Assembly (NCBI GenBank): GCA_039679675.1 | Contig: JBDKUN010000063.1 | Span: 1 to 12,253, forward strand | Origin: Armatimonadota bacterium | GTDB taxonomy: Bacteria > Armatimonadota > UBA5829 > DTLH01 | DNA: 12,253 bases | Direction of reading: 5' to 3' | Shown here: positions 7,296 to 12,253 of the stretch, one piece after another | How positions within the stretch are numbered: the first letter of the stretch is position 1 | Layout: the number at the start of each line of letters is the position of its first letter | Notes under the pieces: generated by a model | Told to the model about the DNA's origin: nothing | Databases searched by the model: none | Seen by the model: the letters and a program-made list of their open reading frames with translations, nothing else | Made by a program: the position numbers and the translations under genes

Positions 7296-7874
7296 ATGGC
7301 AAAACTCACAGAAATCCGCTGGCATGGAAGAGGTGGGCAGGGCGCTAAGACCGTAGCGCTTCTGTTGGGCGATGCCGCGCTTTCAGAGGGCAAATACATC
7401 CAGGCGTTTCCTGAGTATGGCCCGGAGAGAACTGGAGCGCCTGTGCAGTCGTTCAATCGTATCAGTAACGAGCCGATCACAATTCACTGCCACGCAAAGA
7501 ACCCGAATGTAGTCGTGGTTCTTGACCCGACACTTATCGGTCCGGTAGACGTGACAGCAGGGCTCGCGCCTGATGGAATCGTTATCGTCAATACCGGACT
7601 TACGGCTGCGGAGATGAAAAAGAAACTGAACCTCGACGGCCGCAAGCTTTATACACTCGATGCCTCGACCATTGCAAAAGAGACCATCGGACGGGACATC
7701 CCGAACACGCCTATGCTCGGCGCGCTCGCCAAGGTCACAGGGCTGATCAAACACGAGACTCTTGTTGAGGACACAAAGAAGAAACTCGAAAAGAAGTTCC
7801 GCAACAAGCCCGAAGTCATTGGAGGCAACCTTAAAGCAATAGAGCGAGCATATAACGAGGTGCAGTCGGATTAG
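7296..7874 (+). CDS. porC: Pyruvate/2-oxoacid:ferredoxin oxidoreductase gamma subunit
   Basis: EIRWHGRGGQGAKT, QAFPEYGPERTGAP, PNTPMLGA; SD TAAGGAG upstream. Confidence 0.94.
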   Translation: MAKLTEIRWHGRGGQGAKTVALLLGDAALSEGKYIQAFPEYGPERTGAPVQSFNRISNEPITIHCHAKNPNVVVVLDPTLIGPVDVTAGLAPDGIVIVNTGLTAAEMKKKLNLDGRKLYTLDASTIAKETIGRDIPNTPMLGALAKVTGLIKHETLVEDTKKKLEKKFRNKPEVIGGNLKAIERAYNEVQSD

Positions 7875-7907
7875 TCAGGCTGAGCGTACCGCACGGAGGA
7901 AAAATAA

Positions 7908-9131
7908 TTGGCAAAGGTTCTAGATGACGCCGCTAAGGCGGCACAGGGGCGGAGCGCATTGAGAAAGGCGCTGACGGGAAACGAAGCTGTAGCTTATGCT
8001 ATGAAGCAGATCAACCCGGATGTCGTCGCAGCGTATCCGATTACCCCGGCAACTGAAATAGTACAGATTTATTCAAGCTACGTCGCAGACGGGCTTGTAG
8101 ACACAGAGTTCGTAGCAGTCGAGAGCGAGCACTCGGCGATGAGCGCGACCATAGGCGCGTCCGCAGCCGGAGCAAGAGCTATGACCGGAACAGCCTCACA
8201 GGGTTTTGCCCTTATGTGGGAGATGCTTTACATCGCAGCCGGTCTCAGGCTCCCGATAGTCATGCCGGTCACAAACCGCGCACTGTCTGCTCCGATCAAC
8301 ATCCACGGCGACCAGTCCGATACAATGGGCGCAAGAGACGCCGGATGGATTCATATCTTCAGCGAAGATTCGCAGGAAGCATATGACAACCTGATTCAGG
8401 CTATCCGAATCGCGGAGCATCCTGAAGTGTCTCTTCCGACACTCGTCACGATGGACGGGTTCATCATCAGCCACGCGATGGAAGTCGTAGACATCCTGGA
8501 AGACGCTGATGTCAAGAACTTTGTTGGCACATATAAGCCGGAGAGAACAGTCCTCGACATCGATAACCCTATCACAATGGGTGGACTCGACTTTACGGAC
8601 TACTACTTCGAGCATAGAAGAGCTCTCGCTGAGGCTATGATAAACGCGAAGCAGCACATCCTCGAAGTCGCAGCCGATTTTGAGAAGAAGTTCGGAAGAA
8701 AATACGGTCTTTTCGAAGAGTACAAGATGGACGACGCAGAGTATGCAGTCGTCGTGCTCGGATCGACGGCAGGAACGGCGAAAGTCGTTGTCGACGATCT
8801 GAGAGCGGCGGGAGTCAAGGCTGGTCTCATCAAGATCCGCGTCTTCAGACCGTTCCCGTATGATGAACTCGCTGAATCGCTCAAGGGCTGCAAGTCTGTT
8901 GCAGTTCTGGACCGCTCAGATGGTCTTGCAGGACGCGGCGGCCCAGTCTTCGGAGAAGTCAGGAGCGCTGTCTGCGACCTGGAGAAGAAGCCTCTTACAG
9001 TAGACTACGTTTACGGCCTCGGCGGTCGTGACATCAATATCGAGATGATTAAGAGCGTTTACAAGGATCTGCAGGAGATCGCCGCAACCGGAAAACGGAC
9101 GCTCGTAAGTTACCTCGGAGTGAGGGACTAA
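7908..9131 (+). CDS. porA: Pyruvate:ferredoxin oxidoreductase alpha subunit
   Basis: GNEAVA, AAYPITPAT, VESEHSAMS, NRALSAPINIHGDQSD, RVFRPFP, YGLGGRD. TTG start with SD GGAGG at 7895-7899. Confidence 0.94.
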   Translation: MAKVLDDAAKAAQGRSALRKALTGNEAVAYAMKQINPDVVAAYPITPATEIVQIYSSYVADGLVDTEFVAVESEHSAMSATIGASAAGARAMTGTASQGFALMWEMLYIAAGLRLPIVMPVTNRALSAPINIHGDQSDTMGARDAGWIHIFSEDSQEAYDNLIQAIRIAEHPEVSLPTLVTMDGFIISHAMEVVDILEDADVKNFVGTYKPERTVLDIDNPITMGGLDFTDYYFEHRRALAEAMINAKQHILEVAADFEKKFGRKYGLFEEYKMDDAEYAVVVLGSTAGTAKVVVDDLRAAGVKAGLIKIRVFRPFPYDELAESLKGCKSVAVLDRSDGLAGRGGPVFGEVRSAVCDLEKKPLTVDYVYGLGGRDINIEMIKSVYKDLQEIAATGKRTLVSYLGVRD

Positions 9132-9133
9132 GA

Positions 9134-10063
9134 ATGGCGAATATCAAAGAACTATCTAAACTGGAAAGTAAATTCAGCTCCGGACATAGGGCGTGTGCCG
9201 GTTGTACCGCTCCGCTCGTCGTTCGGATGCTTATGATGGCCGCCGGGGAGACCCCGATTGTGGTCGGAAGCGCAACAGGATGTCTTGAAGTCGTAACAAC
9301 GATCTTCCCGTTTACCGCGTGGAAGGGCAACTTCATCCACAGCGCGTTCGAAAACTCTGCAGCGTCAGTCTCCGGCGTGGAAGCTGCTTACAGATCACTC
9401 AAGAAGCAGGGCAAATACCCGGACAGAGATGTCAAATTCGTGGCAATGGGCGGCGACGGCGGGACCTATGACATCGGTTTCCAGTCGCTTTCAGGAGCTA
9501 TGGAGCGCGGACACAACATGGTCTATGTATGCTACAACAACGAAGCCTACATGAACACCGGAATTCAGCGCTCGAGCGCAACACCGAAGTACAGTTCGAC
9601 GACAACTGCACCTGCCGGAAAGGAATCGCTTGGTAAGAAGCAGTTCCCGAAGGACCTTACCAAGATCATGGCTGCGCACGGTATTCCTTACGTAGCGCAG
9701 GGTTCTCCGAGTATGTGGAACGACCTTATCACCAAGTTCCAGAAAGCTCTTACAGTCGATGGACCTGCATTCGTGAACGTGCTTGCTCCGTGCCGCCTTG
9801 GATGGGCTGTTCCGAGTGAGAAGGCTATCCAGATCGGCCGCGATGCTGCCGACACCTGCGTATGGCCGCTTTACGAGGTCGAGAACGGTGAGTACAAGAT
9901 CACATACAAGCCGCGCGAGAAGAAGCCGGTCGAGTATTATATGAAACAGCAGACCCGCTATCGCCATCTGTTCAAGCCGGGCAACGAATCGGCAATTGCC
10001 GAAATCCAGGCTCATGTAGATGCCGAGTGGGCTAAGCTGAAAAAGCTCGCTGGAGAAGAGTAA
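9134..10063 (+). CDS. porB: Pyruvate:ferredoxin oxidoreductase beta subunit (TPP-binding)
   Basis: GHRACAGC, TGCLEV, TPP-binding motif GGDGGTYDIG...YNNEAYMNTGIQRS, and APC (cluster-ligand Cys). Confidence 0.94.
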   Translation: MANIKELSKLESKFSSGHRACAGCTAPLVVRMLMMAAGETPIVVGSATGCLEVVTTIFPFTAWKGNFIHSAFENSAASVSGVEAAYRSLKKQGKYPDRDVKFVAMGGDGGTYDIGFQSLSGAMERGHNMVYVCYNNEAYMNTGIQRSSATPKYSSTTTAPAGKESLGKKQFPKDLTKIMAAHGIPYVAQGSPSMWNDLITKFQKALTVDGPAFVNVLAPCRLGWAVPSEKAIQIGRDAADTCVWPLYEVENGEYKITYKPREKKPVEYYMKQQTRYRHLFKPGNESAIAEIQAHVDAEWAKLKKLAGEE

Positions 10064-10085
10064 TTAGCTGAGAGCTAAGTAAATC

Positions 10086-10118
10086 AAAGGCCGGGACGGT
10101 TTCGTCTCGGCCTTTTTT
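10086..10118 (+). terminator. Rho-independent terminator of the por operon
   Basis: AAAGGCCGGGACG-GTTT-CGTCTCGGCC-TTTTTT, about 20 nt after the porB stop. Confidence 0.9.
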
Positions 10119-10126
10119 AAATACAA

Positions 10127-10154
10127 CGTCATCCCGAGCTTGACTCGGGATCCA
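10127..10154. repeat. CGTC-tagged REP-like palindrome
   Basis: CGTC-ATCCCGAG-CTTGA-CTCGGGAT-CCA matches the architecture of CGTC-type palindromic repeats. Only one copy is in the window, so repetition is inferred. Confidence 0.6.
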
Positions 10155-10381
10155 TTACGGAATAGACTCTGAATCTACAGCATTTTGTATGCTTCGGCGC
10201 GCATTTTGCGCCGAAGCCGCCATTACGGATTAGTGGAGACTCGTGTTGGTTTCCCCGTGGTCCAGTGGGTCCACGGGGTATACGGGAAGAAAAGAATCCC
10301 GAAGCATAGGAATTAGTACTTGATGGGCTAGGGGATCCATGCCCCTTACTATTTACAACATTCATCCAAAGTTTATCTACC

Positions 10382-11188
10382 ATGAGCGAAATAAGAGCCG
10401 TTATCACGAATAATGTCGTCAACCTGTATTCCCAGCCGGATTCTGACTCCGAGCAGGTTTCTCAGGCGATTCTGGGACAGCCTGCGTGGATTGAAGAAGA
10501 GAACGGCGACTGGGTGTACATAAAAACCTGGGACGATTACCACGGCTGGGCGAGGGCGCGTTGGGTCCAACCTAAAAAGGGCCCCCAAAATAAGCCCATA
10601 GCGGTTGTTACCAGCCTTTTTGCGGCAATCTATGTAAGCCCCGACCCCAATTCCGACGTGCTCACAAAAGCCGTTATTGCGACTGAGCTTGCAGTATCCG
10701 AAAACGGTCAGGAATGGCTCAAAGTATCACTTCCTGATGAGCGGGAAGGGTATCTGGCTGCTTCAGATGTCCGGTTAAAGAGTGAACCGGCAGATATTTC
10801 GGCTGTGACCGGCGAAGAGATCATCTCTACGGCTAAAAGATTCATCGGAACCCCTTATCTGTGGGGCGGAACGACGCCGTTTGGGATCGATTGTTCCGGT
10901 TTTACGCAGATTGTCTATCACATCCACGGGATCGACCTCAAGAGAGATGCCTGGATGCAGGCAGAAGACAAGCGCGCTGTGTCCGTTGAACGAAATGAGC
11001 TTCAAGCAGGCGATCTTGTCTTTTTTGCAGGCGGCAAGGACTGCGAGAAGATTACCCATGTCGGTATGGCAATGGGCGGCGAGCGGTTTATACACGCAGC
11101 CGGCGGCGGTGCTGGCGTGATCATAAGCAGTTTGACCGAACCGCGCTACAAGAAGATTTATTATGGCGCGCGCCGGGTCAGATATTAA
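10382..11188 (+). CDS. SH3b + NlpC/P60 peptidase, YkfC/dipeptidyl-peptidase VI-like
   Basis: Two SH3b-like segments (SQAILGQ...WVYIKTWDDYHGW and WLKVSLPDEREGYL). NlpC/P60 core GTPYLWGGTTPFGIDCSG (Cys171), GDLVFF, THVGM, FIHA. No signal peptide. Confidence 0.9.
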   Translation: MSEIRAVITNNVVNLYSQPDSDSEQVSQAILGQPAWIEEENGDWVYIKTWDDYHGWARARWVQPKKGPQNKPIAVVTSLFAAIYVSPDPNSDVLTKAVIATELAVSENGQEWLKVSLPDEREGYLAASDVRLKSEPADISAVTGEEIISTAKRFIGTPYLWGGTTPFGIDCSGFTQIVYHIHGIDLKRDAWMQAEDKRAVSVERNELQAGDLVFFAGGKDCEKITHVGMAMGGERFIHAAGGGAGVIISSLTEPRYKKIYYGARRVRY

Positions 11189-11625
11189 CCGCGCACAGGC
11201 TGCAGCAGCTTTGCATCCAGAGTTATTTGCACCCCGGCAAGCGCTTTTGAGACAGGACAGCCCTTTTTTGCCGCTTCGGCGTGCTTTTGGAAAGTCTCAT
11301 CGTCTATATCCGGGACTTCTGCTTCACAGTGAAGCTCGCTTTTGGTAATTTCGAAGCCGCCGTCTACCTTTTCGACGCTTACTTTTGCTGAAGTGCGTAT
11401 CGATGCCGGTTTGTAGCCAGCTTTGTTGAGTTCCCCTGCAAGCGCCATGCTGAAGCATCCGGCATGGGCTGCTCCGATCAATTCCTCAGGGTTTGTGCCT
11501 GGCCCTTCCTCGAACCTGGACGCGAAAGAATAAGCTCCTTCATATGCGCGGCTTCCTAAGCTCATTTTACCTCTGCCATCCCGCGAGGTGCCTTCCCATA
11601 AAGCGTATGCAGTTCGTATCGGCAT
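11185..11625 (-). CDS. osmC: OsmC-family peroxiredoxin
   Basis: YSFASRFEEGPGTNPEELIGAAHAGCFSMAL and AKKGCPVSKAL (both catalytic Cys). Start moved to ATG 11625 (MPIRTAYALWEG) with SD GGAGG at 11634-11638. Confidence 0.95.
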   Translation of the reverse strand: MPIRTAYALWEGTSRDGRGKMSLGSRAYEGAYSFASRFEEGPGTNPEELIGAAHAGCFSMALAGELNKAGYKPASIRTSAKVSVEKVDGGFEITKSELHCEAEVPDIDDETFQKHAEAAKKGCPVSKALAGVQITLDAKLLQPVRG

Positions 11626-11801
11626 TACTCGTTCCTCCTGCTTTGTTCTTCCGGAAAGTTTCGGATGTGACTCATATCTAAAACACATTTGATATTACCA
11701 ACTTAGGAAGACTTTAACCTACCTGTTTCCGAAAATATGCGTAAGTTGTTATCAATCCGGGAAATGGGGATTTTCAACACTCGATGCTTACGGGCATTAT
11801 A

Positions 11802-11810
11802 TGATAGAAT
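11802..11810 (+). promoter_or_regulatory. Possible extended -10 element
   Basis: TG-A-TAGAAT in the AT-rich divergent intergenic region; no convincing -35. Confidence 0.35.
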
Positions 11811-11940
11811 AGATATTGTGGAGTTTCAGACGCCATCTGAGACTTATAACAGGCCAAAATCCTTAAATGCCTGATTTCCAGGCCGATTGAGTATTTTTAG
11901 CGTATTACACAATAACAGGCGAAAGGTTGGATTTCTTTTT

Positions 11941-12253
11941 ATGCTGAATCACTCGGAAGCAAAGGGGCTGTTCGATAGGTACAGCATCAAGCTGGAAGGA
12001 ACAGAATGCAGTACTCTTCCTGATGCAGAGAAGGCAATATCAGGAGGGGGAACATACTTTCTGAAGCTGGTCTCGTCAAGTGAAGAGGCCACGCATAAGA
12101 CAGAGTTCGGCTATGTTGCCAAGGTCACATCCAAGGAGTCCCTCAAAGATGCTTGGGACAGGATGGTCAAGACTGCAGAGAAGAACGGGCACAAAGACAT
12201 AAGCTTTATTCTTCAGGAAGGAAGAGGCGGGCATGAAGTGATGATCGGGGCGA
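11941..12253 (+). CDS. Partial (3'-truncated) ATP-grasp protein resembling ADP-forming acetate/acyl-CoA ligase beta subunit
   Basis: Not in the ORF track. Hand translation: MLNHSEAKGLFDRYSIKLEGTECSTLPDAEKAISGGGTYFLKLVSSSEEATHKTEFGYVAKVTSKESLKDAWDRMVKTAEKNGHKDISFILQEGRGGHEVMIGA. It fits the AcdB pattern EAK..L..YGI / LK.vS...HKT..G.V / lvQE...G.EviiG. Confidence 0.75.
   Translation, partial: MLNHSEAKGLFDRYSIKLEGTECSTLPDAEKAISGGGTYFLKLVSSSEEATHKTEFGYVAKVTSKESLKDAWDRMVKTAEKNGHKDISFILQEGRGGHEVMIGA

Noticed and set aside
7875..7907. Hidden or frameshifted porD
   Set aside because: Only 33 nt are available, and no ferredoxin-type Cys motif is visible here or in the ORF-track alternatives nearby.
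10152..10233. Mini CRISPR array
   Set aside because: Only two 14-nt repeats with a self-complementary spacer, and no cas genes in the window.
10129..10422. 97-aa minus-strand ORF in the porB-NlpC gap
   Set aside because: It overlaps the NlpC start, runs through palindromes and has no SD or recognisable domain.

Overview
A bacterial chromosomal window dominated by energy and housekeeping genes of a probable anaerobe or facultative anaerobe; the lineage cannot be fixed from the sequence. Left to right: the start of a divergent minus-strand ORF with a CPNPNC motif; an exported transglutaminase-like protein; a complex I fragment (nuoA, nuoB, fused nuoCD) that stops after nuoD; a GINT1-N-like beta-propeller protein; a convergent zinc-ribbon membrane protein with 13-aa repeats; a divergent promoter region; recR preceded by a ~115-nt, heavily base-paired leader; pyruvate/2-oxoacid:ferredoxin oxidoreductase gamma-alpha-beta with no delta gene; a terminator and a hairpin-rich intergenic region containing a CGTC-type REP-like palindrome; a YkfC-like SH3-NlpC/P60 peptidase; osmC; and the 5' part of an ADP-forming acyl-CoA synthetase beta-type ATP-grasp gene. 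The best candidates for something undescribed are the structured RNA leader of recR, the delta-less por operon, the truncated nuo cluster with unusual flanking genes, and the structured intergenic region after porB. I saw no CRISPR array, tRNA/rRNA or intact mobile element. All family calls come from motif recognition by eye, not database searches.
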